A stretch of DNA of 64,000 nt from Trypanosoma brucei. Its lineage: Eukaryota. Made by a program: the position numbers and the translations under genes. The stretch spans positions 1,408,001-1,472,000 of the forward strand of contig CM000207.1 in assembly GCA_000002445.1 (NCBI GenBank), given 5' to 3'. The notes beneath the pieces were generated by a model that searched no databases, was not told where the DNA came from, and was given only the letters and a program-made list of their open reading frames with translations. This document shows positions 49,211 through 61,631 of this stretch, in pieces. Numbering within the stretch: position 1 is the stretch's first letter; each line of letters opens with the position of its first letter.

Positions 49211-49763
49211 CTGTCGTTTCCCTTACTTTACTTTCACTTGCTCTTATTTCTCTGATTGAGTTACCCCACCTGGTCGTTGAGGGTTGAGGGAATCAAGCGA
49301 ATGGATACCTATTAACCCTGCAAAAATATTCCAAGGTGTGCTCACTTTTCGAAGTAAAGTTAACAATGACAATAATTAAATAACAATAAAAGAGACCATA
49401 ATAACACCAGAAAAGAGGAAAATGGAGCAACAAAACCGCACGGTTACCTCTCTCAAGTGAATGTGGCATACAGATTTCATTTCTCCCAACTCCTTTCACG
49501 AAATAGGGTATGGTCATTCGGGATGTTAAAACCACTCTCGTATTACGTAACAATAAATTAAAAAAACTTAATGTATCTCACTTCCCCCCTCGACAACCTC
49601 TCTGTGGGAGAGGGGGTGTATTTTTACCCTTCTCTTCCCTCCATCACACACACCGACTCACTTTTCCTTGATGTGGTTGCTTTCCTTGTCTTTACACCTA
49701 CCTACCTCCCCCTCCACCGCTTTGCCCAAGAAGAAAACAGAACAAAACATTTAAATGTTACAT

Positions 49764-49795
<32 letters not shown>

Positions 49796-51126
49796 GTATA
49801 TTAATATTACTTGCATACCTTCTCCTTACAGCTTTTTTTTCTCCTTTTCCTTCCCTTTCTACCCCTTCCCCTCAACCTTTCTCTTATCCCCCTACAACCA
49901 CCGGAGAACGGAAACACCACCTGCCGTGACGATACCGAGCCAACATGCCCACTTGAAACTTCAGGCGGTACAAGAAAGAAAAAAAAAATACAACAACAGT
50001 AAAGATGGTAGTGAGGGGGAGGAATGAGACTGGGAAGGAAAGGAAGATGATCAGAAGGAGAAACCACAGGCACCCATGCACGCAATCATCCACACAAAAG
50101 CCAAGAACACAAACACACATCCAAACCGAAAGAAAGAAACAGCAGTTGTACGCAAGTCTCCAACACAAACAAACACACACACACACACACACATACAAAA
50201 CATACAACAAGAAAAAATAAATAAACAAAGAAGACGGACAGGTAGAAAAGAAACAAGGTCATGTAAACGAGCCCACCATCGCCCATGCCATTGGGTCCAG
50301 CACATACACACACAAATATACGCAACAGAACTATACCTCTTATATTCCCTTGTCACATCTCCCTATCCACTTCATTTCGCCGTCTTATAACAGATGCCAC
50401 CCAGGTTACTCCTAAAAAGGACTACTGGGGGATAAATACAAATTCACACCTCCCTTCTGCCTCTTCTCCCTCCTTATTTTCCCCTTCTTGTATTTCCTTT
50501 GTATTTTGCACCCGTCGTATCGCGCGGTGGAGTTGCTGTAATACAAAAAAAAAATAATAACATCCCGCTGTTACTGGGATCAGAAAATGAGCTGAAGGGT
50601 GAACAGAAGAAAAAGAAATGAGATGACATGGACGAGAAAGAAACAAACCAAGCAAACGCGCCCCACCTACATATAGTCCGTTTATGATTAAATTACTATT
50701 ATTATTATTAAAAATTGTTTCATATATATATATATATATATCCCGTTTACTCTAAAATTTACGAGGTTCAGACACTCTCATACCTTTGTTTTTGTTTCTT
50801 CCTCCTTACTTCATTCCTCTGGCCCTTTTTCACACAAACATATACGTATAAATTTTCTGTGGTGGCGCTCCTCGCACCAGCCATCTCCTTTTTTCTTCCC
50901 TTTTGATCATTATTGACGTCGGTCCTCCATTCTCTTCTTGGTTGTGCTAGCGTCGAGGAGTTACTTCACTGGTTTCCCCCTGCCCCCCCAATTTTCCTTC
51001 TTTTTTCTTTTTTTTTTCTTCGAATGATTATATTATATTATCTTCTTCTTTTCCTAGTCCTTTTCGGTATTCGCTTATTTGTATCATTGCCTACCCCCTA
51101 GATGTCAATGCTTACTCCATTGTTAA

Positions 51127-51753
51127 TCACGAACGACCCGGATGCTTTGAGGGGTGCTGGAAGGGGCACTGTTCCCCATACTTGCAGGCACCCTTATTAA
51201 AGTACCTGCACATCACTTGGCCGGTGCCCTCGCTGTGTCGGTGGGTGTGATATCCGTGGTTGGCGCCCCGACCGCGACCTCTAATATTACGCATGCCTTT
51301 ACGGTGTGTGCGGCTATCTTCCAAGTTGCCATCCTCCTCATGTTCATCCACTTGGCTCCCTGCGGGTCCCTGCTGCCGCGCGGACGTTGGACGGGTCTGC
51401 TGTTGAGGGTATGGAGATGCCGCCTCATTTGGTTTAGCTCGTAGTTTGTTAGTACCATCTTCTTCCGCCTCCTCAGGTCGGGGTCCGCGTGCTGGCGGCG
51501 TCCCATCACCCGCTTCACCAGGAGGCACGCGATGGCACTCCTCTACGATGTAATTCCCTATTTTCTGCATCCCACTGAGGTCCCCCTTGCAGTCCTTTAG
51601 CTTGAAGTACATCATGTCACTCTTATCCTGAGATACGCCATGCTTCACAACCTTACCATACTTCCCCACTTCCTTTAGCACTTGGTTCACTTCCGAGCTA
51701 CTCACACCTGAAAGCCAGAGAATCATTCTATGCTCCACACCTTTGTTGGATTG

Positions 51754-51784
<31 letters not shown>

Positions 51785-54219
51785 CTACTTTGCGTCGTCC
51801 TAGGTTGTGGGACCTGCAGAGCTGGTTTTGCTGCGCGGCCACGCTTGGAGCTGCCGTTCTCATCCTCCGCCTCCTGTGCGATGTTGTTTTGGATGGAATT
51901 ATTGCTGATAAAGCTGCGCAAATCATTCATCTCATGACCATCCCTATCATGCTGCGACTTCTCGTTGGAATGTAGAGCGGCCCAAAGCGTTTGAGATTGC
52001 TGAGACCCCAGATACGTCCTTAAACGTTCATCGTACATCTCCCTCGACATCGTTAGTAGCTCCTCCTTTTTTATGCCCGCCTCCAAAACGCTATTAACAA
52101 TCGATTCCGGTACATTCCGTTCGCGAAGAAGGCGCCGCAGCTCTGAGGCAGGTGGTGGCGACAAGTTAGCACTCGACAAGGCCCAAGTCATCTCATCATT
52201 CATCATGTCAACAGACATCGGTGCAGACGCCGGTGACGACGTATAACGGTGTGGCGGCTGCTGAAGGTGATGGTGATGGTGATGATGATGATGATGATGG
52301 TGGTGATGGTGATGGTGCACAGGGGCCACATGCTGCGCATGAAATATCGAATGGTGATGCGCCGGAACAATCGGTACTTGATGCGTTGCCTCTCCACCCA
52401 CAGAAGACGGTGCGCTCGGCTGAGGTGGCGGCTGCTGAGGTAATTTCGTCGGATGGAAGGAGACGTTGTGGTGGTGAAGGGGTTTTATTTGCGCCGGAGC
52501 CGCTTCCGCATTGTGTGCCATCGGTTTAGTTTCAGGTGCAGCGGTATGCTCTTGCTTCACGTTGTAAGAGGGTTGCGGTGGCGGAGGCGACGGGGGCACA
52601 ATTGGTTGCTGCTGCATAACGTCGTGGTGATGGTGGTGTATGTGGTGGTGATGGTGGTGGTGGTGGTGAGGCTGCTGCTGCTGTTGTTGATTCTGTTGAC
52701 TCTGCTGGTGGTGCTGAATTAGATGCAAGTGGTGATGGTGGTGCGGTAGCGGCCGCTGCGCGCTCGGCGGAGGAGGTGACACCGCACCGACAGCAGGAGT
52801 CGCAGGGGCGGTGGTGTTCATCGCACTGATTTGAGGCGAGGGCTGTTGAGACGCCATCGACGGTGTTGGTTGCGGTATCGGTTGCTTCGTCATGGTGGGG
52901 TGCTGAATATACTGATTCGCGTTGTGTCGCTGAGGTGCAATTACCCTTGCACTCGTCGGAGAGCCTGTGGGCCCTATATGATGTGGATGTTGATTGTGAT
53001 TAACATGCGATGGCACCGGCGGTGAGTTGTTACGTACGTTATAATTCGGCTGCGACACGCCCGCTGCACCCTGCTGGGGGGTCGGTGACGGACCCATACC
53101 ACGCCATGCCCCGCGCTGGTGTGAAGCTTCATCGTGGCCCTGTAAACTCTGCTGATGCAAAACGCGGTCGACTGGTCGTTTCGGCAGCCCCGTCGCCACA
53201 GGAATCCGTGGGAACGCATCGTTCTGTGGGTTCTCAAGCTGCTGATGATGCCGATCCTGCTGCTGCAATCCAACTGGCCCAGTTCCTACTACGACATGAT
53301 GGTGATGGTGATGGTGGTGATGGTGGTGAGGCACACTAGGAACCTGTGGCCGTTGTGGGGCAGTGAACTGATTCACTGGCAGACGGGCTCGAAGCTGATG
53401 GTGATGAGCATGATGAGGAAGCACCTCCCGCTCAGCCTCCACGTGCTTCCTCTGAGCGTTAGACCACCCACCGGTAGTGACCGACGGAATCACCTCCTCC
53501 TCCGGCTGATTCATTCCTGCCGGTGCTGCTCCATCCGCATATGTGTTGGAGACCCGCGGCAATTTGGCTTCGACAGTGGGCTGAACTTCGCCCCTGCGTT
53601 CCTTGCCAAACTCAGTAAACGATGGTCGCGCGAGTCCTACAGCGTTTCCGTACGACTGCGATTGAACGGCACCACGAGCGCCGTCGCTGTAGGTGTTGGA
53701 GCCGCCCGTGCGATTCGACGGGGGGTTTATAAGTTCCTGAGCCTGGTGTACCAATGCCTCCAGAGCCGACGGTGAGCAGATGGCATGAAACAAGTAGACG
53801 TCGTCCAGGGAACTCCCTATAACGGTTGCAAGCATTCTTGCATGCTCGGCACCGTAGCTAAGCTCCAGATTGGAGTAGAGCATGTCACCCAATTGCGAGC
53901 GCAGCAAGCGCGGCTCGACCTCGCTTCTAAGAATATCCACGAGTACCACAGATGCCCCAGAAAATGCTGAGTACATGTCCTCCACAGTACTGTTTATGAG
54001 GCCACGCCGAAACACCTCCCGTTCCAGCACACGAGTCAACACACCAAAGTTCTGCCGTAGGTGAAGGAGGGCAACGGGTGTATTGTCTTGGTTCTTATCC
54101 TCCTCCCCCTGCGCCGATGCTGAATGGTTGTCATCTCGCTCTCTTTGTTGCTCCTCCGCATTAGCCGGTAGGGAAGTAAGCGTTTCGGGAGCTTCCTTCT
54201 CCTTTTCGCTAGAATACAT
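51127..54219 (-). CDS. ZC3H28: Large His/Gln-rich CCCH zinc-finger protein (1030 aa); ZC3H28-like by architecture and synteny
   Basis: It has a C-terminal C-x7-C-x5-C-x3-H finger (CRYFNKGACKYGEQCPFQH) and a globular N-terminal domain of about 170 aa. The central roughly 600 aa are low complexity with His runs up to 17, poly-Gln (12, and 6 plus 6) and Pro-rich stretches. The gene-symbol assignment is from memory of the chromosome-9 gene order and is not verified. Confidence 0.6.
52266..52320 (-). repeat. Coding trinucleotide repeat (CAY)n encoding the longest poly-His run of the ZC3H28-like protein
   Basis: Plus-strand gatggtgatggtgatgatgatgatgatgatggtggtgatggtgatggtg corresponds to CAT/CAC codons on the minus strand (HHHHHHHHHHHHHHHHH). 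Similar runs occur at about 52621-52670 and about 53281-53330, and poly-CAG/CAA at about 51740-51790 and about 52670-52690. Confidence 0.9.
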
Positions 54220-54665
54220 TGGGCTAGCCTGCCGTAAAAAAGCAACAATGAGATATATAACTGATCCTAATCTACGTTGTTGTTGTAATTAATGGTTGTT
54301 GCGAGTCCCGCCCGGGTGCGCAGTGACGAGTAGTGTCGAAAGCGCACAACAGCACGCGGACATGCGTAAAAAAGAAACAGAAAGAAGGTTAGGGTAGTTA
54401 GAGACGTGCTTGTTTCCCGTTAATGTATCGCCAAATACGCGTGTATGTTGTCGAAACTGTAGTGAAAGAGGGCACAGCACCAGAGAGTGAAGAGGAGAGA
54501 GAGTTCTCCCACTTATCTTACACTTCTCTAGTTGCAGCACTACTTTCAACGATTTTCTTTCCCCACAAGACGAACGACAAAACTCAACTCTTTATCTTTC
54601 TCTTGTTTTTTACCCTCCTCATTTTTACCATTTGTAACTTTCCACTTCATTTCATTATTCATAAC

Positions 54666-54692
54666 ATATATATATATATATATATATATATA
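54666..54692. repeat. (TA)13 microsatellite
   Basis: Direct reading. Confidence 0.9.
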
Positions 54693-55318
54693 CTCTTAAT
54701 ATTTCCCCTCTATATGGGGGAAAAAAAGAGCCAACATAACCCCCCGTATGTGTTTCTGTCGTTCCTCAAGTCCCTCCCCACCCATATAAAAGTTCGCATA
54801 CTAAACTGCCAAACACACTACAAAACGCCAACAAACTGACATATATATACATGTATACATATATATACATCTGTATACGCGTTTGTTTATTTCATTACTG
54901 AAGACATGAAGGTACACTAACCACTCTATCATCCCTTTTAATTTCTCCTTTCACCTCCACTCTTTGACAGATACTACAAAACTTCGGCGTTTTTCCCTCC
55001 TCCTTCCCTTCATCCTACACGAAAACAAACACACAAACGCAAACCCGTTCTTCTCTTCGTACTCAGAAGCATCGTCAAAACTATTCTCTTCACACCATTC
55101 TCTTGAAGAAGGGTGGACCGTACCCCAATGAATGAAGAAACAAAATGGGAAGGGGAAAAAAAAAACACAAACAAACGATTTTGGAGCCTCAGTTTCATTC
55201 CTACCATAATAATAATAATAATCATCATCACCATCGATGTTAAGATTATCTTCATTACTTACCTCCATCAACTCATTCCGCTTTTCGCCAGGACAAATCA
55301 AATCACGAAAAAAAAAAA

Positions 55319-55343
55319 GAAGGAAGGAAGGAAGGAAGGAATG
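55319..55343. repeat. (GGAA)6 tetranucleotide microsatellite
   Basis: Direct reading gives aaggaaggaaggaaggaaggaagg. Confidence 0.9.
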
Positions 55344-57433
55344 GAGTAACTGCAACAACCAAAGGAAAACCAAGGTAACGAGAAATAAATGCTGTCAACA
55401 ACCCCTTAAACAAACTCTCTCCCTTACCTGCCTTTTCCACTTCAATCAACCAACCGCACACACTCACAAACACAAACACAAATATGCGGACGCAAACTCA
55501 TTATTATTCTTCCTCCTCCTATCATTATCTTAAATGATTCCTTTCTTTCTCTTTCCAACATTCACAAACCCCATTATAAAAATGGCACCGCCATTAAAAT
55601 ACCACCACACACACACACACACGGATGGAAAGAAGATGGGGAGCGATCGCTCATATTTTTTTTTTCTTTTTGCGTTTATTTTTACTATTACTTTAGTTTT
55701 TGTTGTAGTTTCACCTCCATTTTGATTGTAAGGGTCGCTCTTGCATGGAGATGTGACGCCTTATTCGCACGTCCATATCCTTTTGTTTTTTGTTTTTGTT
55801 TTTTTGAGTGTCCGCGTTGCTGCAGTTGCAAATTCACTCTGCCTTGCATGAAGGCGAAGGACAGGTAAACAGGTAAAAGGAGGACAAAACGAAACCGTCA
55901 AAGCAGAAGAAAAACAACAATAAATAATAATAATAATAAAACAAAAACAAAGGAAAAAAAGGGGGTGAGAAATAAGAAAGAAAAAAACATAGTACTGTTC
56001 CTAACACAAACACGTTCGTCATTCGCAAAATCGTAACCGTAGAAATAAACCGTGCAAATGTTGATCACCGGAGGTGACGATGGACACCTGAGTTATTTAT
56101 TCGTTACCGTCATGATTTATGTGACTTCTTTTTTTTTTTTCCCCGCCTATTTCTTATTTGTTGCTTCACCTCTCATTTTGCCTCTTTTATTTCATCTCCT
56201 TCTTTTGCTTCGTCGTGTTTTCCTCATTTCATTTCCAACAGCACCACCAACGTCCTGCACGGTAACAACAACAACAATAATAATAATAATAATAATGAAA
56301 TGTCACATGTACGGTGTAAAATATGAAAACAACAGTAATGACAGCATTAATGATTGTGTGTCTTTCATTTTCACACACATATACGCGCATGCATACGGAA
56401 ATCAATATCGAGAGACACAAGCGAATTGAAATGAATGGAGGAAACAAAAGGAAAAAAAAACAAACAAAAGATGGCGATCAAAAAGAAAAAAGTGAACGAA
56501 TGAATGAACGAACGAATCAATCAATAAAAGCTCCCCAAGGACGGTTTCATAAATTCTGCATGAAGCCAACATTGGAACAATCACTACCGATTCATGTATT
56601 ATTTATTTCTCTTCACCCTCCTCTCTTCTTCCACCATGTAACATTTCGTTTAATCATTCATGCGCTTTTATCATGTGGAAGAGGGATTATTACCCCTTTT
56701 CTTTATTTCACACACATCAATACACGCATATGTGTGCGTGTACGGAAAAGCATATAATGTATATTTGTGTTATATGCATGTGTGGTATTTACATATAAAA
56801 CCACCACAAAACAAACACATGTTTACCATTAGAACTGTTCATTTAACCTTCTTGAGCGTGTGTAACATCACGTTATGAAACTGAGAGCATTTAAGTGGTA
56901 TTATATGTTTCTTTTCTTTTTTTTAAAAATACTTGTCTTTCTTCATGTTTGTGTGTTTGTCACGTTTTTTTTTCCTCCTCCTCCTCCTCCGCCTCTTCTT
57001 TTTCTCCTCTCTTCTTTCAACATCTCCCTCCATACATATTTCCATCCAATCACCACCAACTCTTCCTTTCAAAAGGAAAAAAAAAACACAAATCACACAT
57101 TTCATCTTCCTTCCTTCCATCCTTCCTTCCTTCTTTTTTTTACTTTTCTTTCCCATTCCGCTATCTGTATATACATGAATACATACATATAAATAAATAT
57201 ATCTATCATTAATATTAGTAATGATTCTTAGAAATTGTAATAATAATAATAATAAAGAATTGTTTATTACTGACTTAAACTCACTTTTCTTTTTTATTAA
57301 TTTTTGGTGGTGTAAAACAACAACAACAACAATTAATCTTCTTCTTTGCTATTTGCTTCGTTTATTTCGCGGATGCCTCCCTTTAATTTTTCCTTTTTTT
57401 TCCTTTTGAATCCTCTCGTTTGTTCTACTACCA

Positions 57434-57452
57434 GTGTGTGTGTGTGTGTGTG
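57434..57452. repeat. (GT)9 microsatellite
   Basis: Direct reading gives gtgtgtgtgtgtgtgtgtg. Confidence 0.9.
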
Positions 57453-60304
57453 CGTTTGCATTGGTTTCTTGGTTTCGAGTTTCCGACAACAAAAAAAAAA
57501 GGAAAAATTAAAAAAAACACTAAAAATGATTTCCTTATTTTCAATCATTTAACCAAAAGTCACAACAGAATTGACCAAAAATCAAAAAAAAAGAAAGCAG
57601 TGGAGGAAAAATATACGACTGCATAATTTCATCATCCCAAACCTCTTCTTCTCTTTTCTCTTTGTTTTTGTTTTTTATTTTGCTTCTACTGAGTATCATA
57701 ATTTGTTTCCGCTGTCACAATACTGAAGCAATAACACAAAAAAAAAAAGAAGAGAGAAGAGGGAGGGGGGAAAAAATGGAAGAAAAATAGTAACACACCT
57801 TGTTTTAATGGGAAGAACCCCCTCATCTCCCTTATTTTTTTCCTTTACAAAAAAATTGAACTGAACTTTGAGCTAAACGGTCATGGGCGACATCTAGTAT
57901 TCAAACTTTATTTTTATTTTTTCGCTTTAGTTTCTTTTTTTTTTTAAAAAAAATTGTGTGTATGTGTGTTCTCATTTATTTATTTTAGGGATTTTGCCGT
58001 TCCTTTTTCTTATTTACTCTGTATAGATGGATGTGTATGCGAACCGGCATTTCTGTTCTCTTCTCTTCTTCCTCCCCCTTTATTCGATTTCTTTCTTTCT
58101 TTCTTTCTTTTTCTCTCTAATTTTATTACTTTTCTCATCTTTCTTTGTCATATCGACCGTCTAGCTATTTTCACCATTTGAAGTAGTTAGTATTATTATT
58201 ATTATTTTTATATTCTTATTATCCTTATTATTATTATTACCACAGTAACAACCTGGTAAAAAAAAAAAAAAGACTCATCTTCCGCTGCCTTACTTCGCTG
58301 TCGTTCCCTGCAGTTGTAATTTTTTTTTTTTCACCTCCCTTCTTTCCCTCTCTTCTCGTGTTTGAAGAACAGAAAGGGAAAAGGGGGAGGGGGGAGAAAA
58401 ACAAAAAAAACGTCAGAGCGGTTGCTTTGAACTTGACACCTATATCAATTAGACTACTGTTGCATAATAATAAATGAATACATATATGTATATATATATA
58501 TATTCATTTACGTAACAAAAAAAAAAAGTCAACAAACACAAAAAAATTACAAAATTTATTTTTTTTGTTTTTTTTCTCTTCCCTTCCTCCCTCCCTTCCT
58601 TCCATTTACTCGTCCCCCTTTTTTTTTTTGTCTTTTTGTCTTTTTGTCTTTTTGGTGTTGTTGTTTCTCTTTTCTATACCTTCCCCCTCTTTCCTCTACA
58701 ATTTGTTTGTTTCACACACTTACCTTCTCCCATCTCACCCGCAAACTAAATTTCCTTTTATAACTCACTCCATTCATTAGGAATTAATACCTCCAACTTC
58801 GCAACTTCTTTTTCTTCACAACAACAAACAAAGAACGGAAGCAAAATAATATATAAAAATATATATAAATAAGAAGAGGAAATTATTACCCCCTCCCCAT
58901 TTCATTAGTTAATTCACACCCGCATTTCCTTTCTCCTTAACTCTCCTCCTCCTTCTCCTTATATTACTTTTTTTCTGTTGTGCCTCCCACCCCCTTCCCA
59001 GTTTTAATCTGTAGGAAAATTTTTTAAAAAAAACATATAAACAAACACTAGCAACTGAAACTCGCATACTACATATCATATAACAAACAAGCGGGGAAGA
59101 GGGAAATTGGGGAGTGAGAAGTAAGTGAGGAATAAGTGAACAAAAAAACTTTTAAAAAAAGGAAAAGGAAAAGGAAACAAAAAAGAAACAAAAAAGATAT
59201 GAATAAGGGGGGAAAAACCTCCCACTATCAAACGCACAATGTGAATAGAAAACCATACACGACTTGTGTCTTAATCTCATTTTATCCTCCTTTCCTTTCC
59301 TTTTCCTTTTCCTTTTCCTTTTCCTTTCCTTCTCTATCTTCACACATACATACAAAAACAAACAAACAAACAAACACACGCCAATTTCCTTTATTCACTT
59401 TTCTTCCTCCTTTCCATTTCGTACGTGCACATAAATAAATATACATGCGCATAAATATAAATAAATGCATATCCCACACCTCATTGCTCTCTTTTCTTTT
59501 TCGTTCTTTCTCTTTTCCTTTTTCTCTTTTCTCTTTTCCTCTTCCTTTTTCTTTATTTCTCTCCTTATTTCTATCTATCTTTTTACTCCACACTCTGCGG
59601 AGTCGCGTCCATTTGAGAGGCGAATAGCGTGCGAAAGACACAGAAACAACAAAATCAACAGCAACAACAAATAATAATAATAATAGCAATAACAATAACA
59701 ATAACAACAATAATAATAATAGCGAAAAAAAAATTAAAGGAAAAAAGAAAAAGAAAAGAAGAGAGACAAGAAAAGCTTCCGCCTGCGGACATACAGTAAG
59801 CAAGTAAGCGAAAAAAAAAAAGAAGTATAAAAGGAAAGAAAAGAAAAAGGGAGGAACCCATAGGTGAAGGAAGGTATGACAGGCGCATTCTTATACGAAA
59901 TCCCACTAGGAGAGAAGAAAAAGGAAGGGAATAACAAAATGATGAGGGGAAATGAACCTGAAGCACTACACGACTGGACACACCAGCACATGTGTATAAA
60001 ACAAAGAAAAAAAAACCAAAAAAATGGCAAAAGAAAATAGGAAGCAAGACGGCAGTGGTGGCTGAAACGCGAAAGAGGAACAAAATTGAGGGGAGTGGAA
60101 GGAGAGAAACACTAAACAATAACAACAACAAAAAAAAAGCGAGTAGCTGAGGAAATGTGGTGAGGTGTGTGAACAGAAACAAAATAAAAAAGAAAAAAAA
60201 TGGGTGTTAAATAAAGACAGAAAGAAAAAAAAAGAAAAAAACAGGCGGAGGAAACTTAATGCAAGATCAAATTTATTACTCTTGCCCCTTTTTTTCATAT
60301 TAGT

Positions 60305-60328
60305 GACACACACACACACACACACACA
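60305..60328. repeat. (AC)11 microsatellite
   Basis: Direct reading gives acacacacacacacacacacacag. Confidence 0.9.
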
Positions 60329-60581
60329 GAACATTTCCCCCTCAGCCATCTAAAGGAAAAACAAACAAACAAACAAACACAGATCGCGTCCATCACCCCA
60401 TTCAGGTCCTTCAACACCTCCCCAACACTGTATGAATTGAGTAACGCGTACGAAAACGCAAGAAAAATGGGGCAAAAAACAAAGAGAACAACTGGAAGGA
60501 AGGGAGGACACACACATAAAAAAAAAACGGAAAGATAATTATGAATCACCGAAGAAAAAAAAAAAGAAATTCCGCGTTGAA

Positions 60582-61631
60582 TCACCACAACGGCACGGAC
60601 CGTGTTCGTAGGCTGTCGTCCCACAACAAAGACAATCCGTCGGGCTGCTGTTGCAACTGTAACTGCGACTGTGATTGTTGTTGCTGAGTCGGCAATGTAG
60701 TGGCCTTCGGCTCTAACAAACTGTGGAGTCCCCATACCGGGTCACTGAACATGACCGTCTCATCGGCCTTCTCGGTTAAATGTGTAACTGAGGTGCGTCT
60801 TGTGAGGTCCACTGGGACACGTGTACTTCCCACCAAAAGCGATTTGGCGACCGCTCCGCCAACTCCACCGGTGTTGTTGGAAGCAGTGATGGGAGTATTA
60901 GTGCTGCCGTTTGCACTCGTCACCGTCGATGTTGCGGTGGCAGCTCCAAAACCCAGTACAGGTGCCAGAAGGGCATTATTCGTGGCCATATTTTGAAGCG
61001 GTGAAGGAATGGTAACGGCGGATGTTGTACCGTGCTCAAATGTGCACTCATTGCTCATGCACCCCACAGATGAACGGAAGAACATGCACTCTACACGGCC
61101 GCGTTTGGCGTTACTGAGGAGCTTGTCCCACTTGCTGCTTGTGGTGGTGTGACTCTTAAGGTAATAATGCATCATCGACCAAAATACGGCCGGCTCACCC
61201 ACAAAATACAGAAGGCCACCCGCACGAAGCTGTTCATTTCCCTCCAGCTCTTGTAACTGCGCCTTAACTTCATTAGCTGATAGCAACCGTGGAATAGGGA
61301 TGGGAGCCAAAGGAGGGGGAAGCTCAACTGCACATCGTGTGCATCCCTCAGCAAAGTTGTATTGCTTTATCTCGAAGTTGCCTTCCAATGCTTCTTTAAG
61401 TATGGCGCAACGCTCCTTCTGGACTCGTTGTTGATGAAAGCCAATATACGAAGGGTTGGTAGAGGCCTCATCAACAGATGGGCGTTCCACCTCGTGCGAG
61501 AAACGACATGATGTACCCCAAGTGCACCGCCCACGGGCGAAGTGCCGACATACGCGCTGACTCTTCGGTGCTGCGGGGGTAACACCGGTGCGCAAACTCT
61601 CCGTGATGACCTGTGTCATGTTAATGGGCAA
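60582..61631 (-). CDS. CCCH zinc-finger protein (349 aa) with two C3H-type fingers
   Basis: The N-terminal finger is CRHFARGRCTWGTSCRFSH (C-x7-C-x5-C-x3-H). A second CCCH-like motif is CMFFRSSVGCMSNECTFEH (C-x8-C-x4-C-x3-H). The C-terminal end is a Gln-rich tail (QQQSQSQLQLQQQ). Confidence 0.6.
   Translation of the reverse strand: MPINMTQVITESLRTGVTPAAPKSQRVCRHFARGRCTWGTSCRFSHEVERPSVDEASTNPSYIGFHQQRVQKERCAILKEALEGNFEIKQYNFAEGCTRCAVELPPPLAPIPIPRLLSANEVKAQLQELEGNEQLRAGGLLYFVGEPAVFWSMMHYYLKSHTTTSSKWDKLLSNAKRGRVECMFFRSSVGCMSNECTFEHGTTSAVTIPSPLQNMATNNALLAPVLGFGAATATSTVTSANGSTNTPITASNNTGGVGGAVAKSLLVGSTRVPVDLTRRTSVTHLTEKADETVMFSDPVWGLHSLLEPKATTLPTQQQQSQSQLQLQQQPDGLSLLWDDSLRTRSVPLW

Noticed and set aside
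59282-60182. Overlapping 173-aa and 175-aa minus-strand ORFs
   Set aside because: Both translate homopolymeric or (AAT)n/(TTC)n DNA into poly-Leu, poly-Phe or Lys/Glu-rich peptides. They are mutually overlapping in different frames, which is characteristic of repeat DNA rather than genes.
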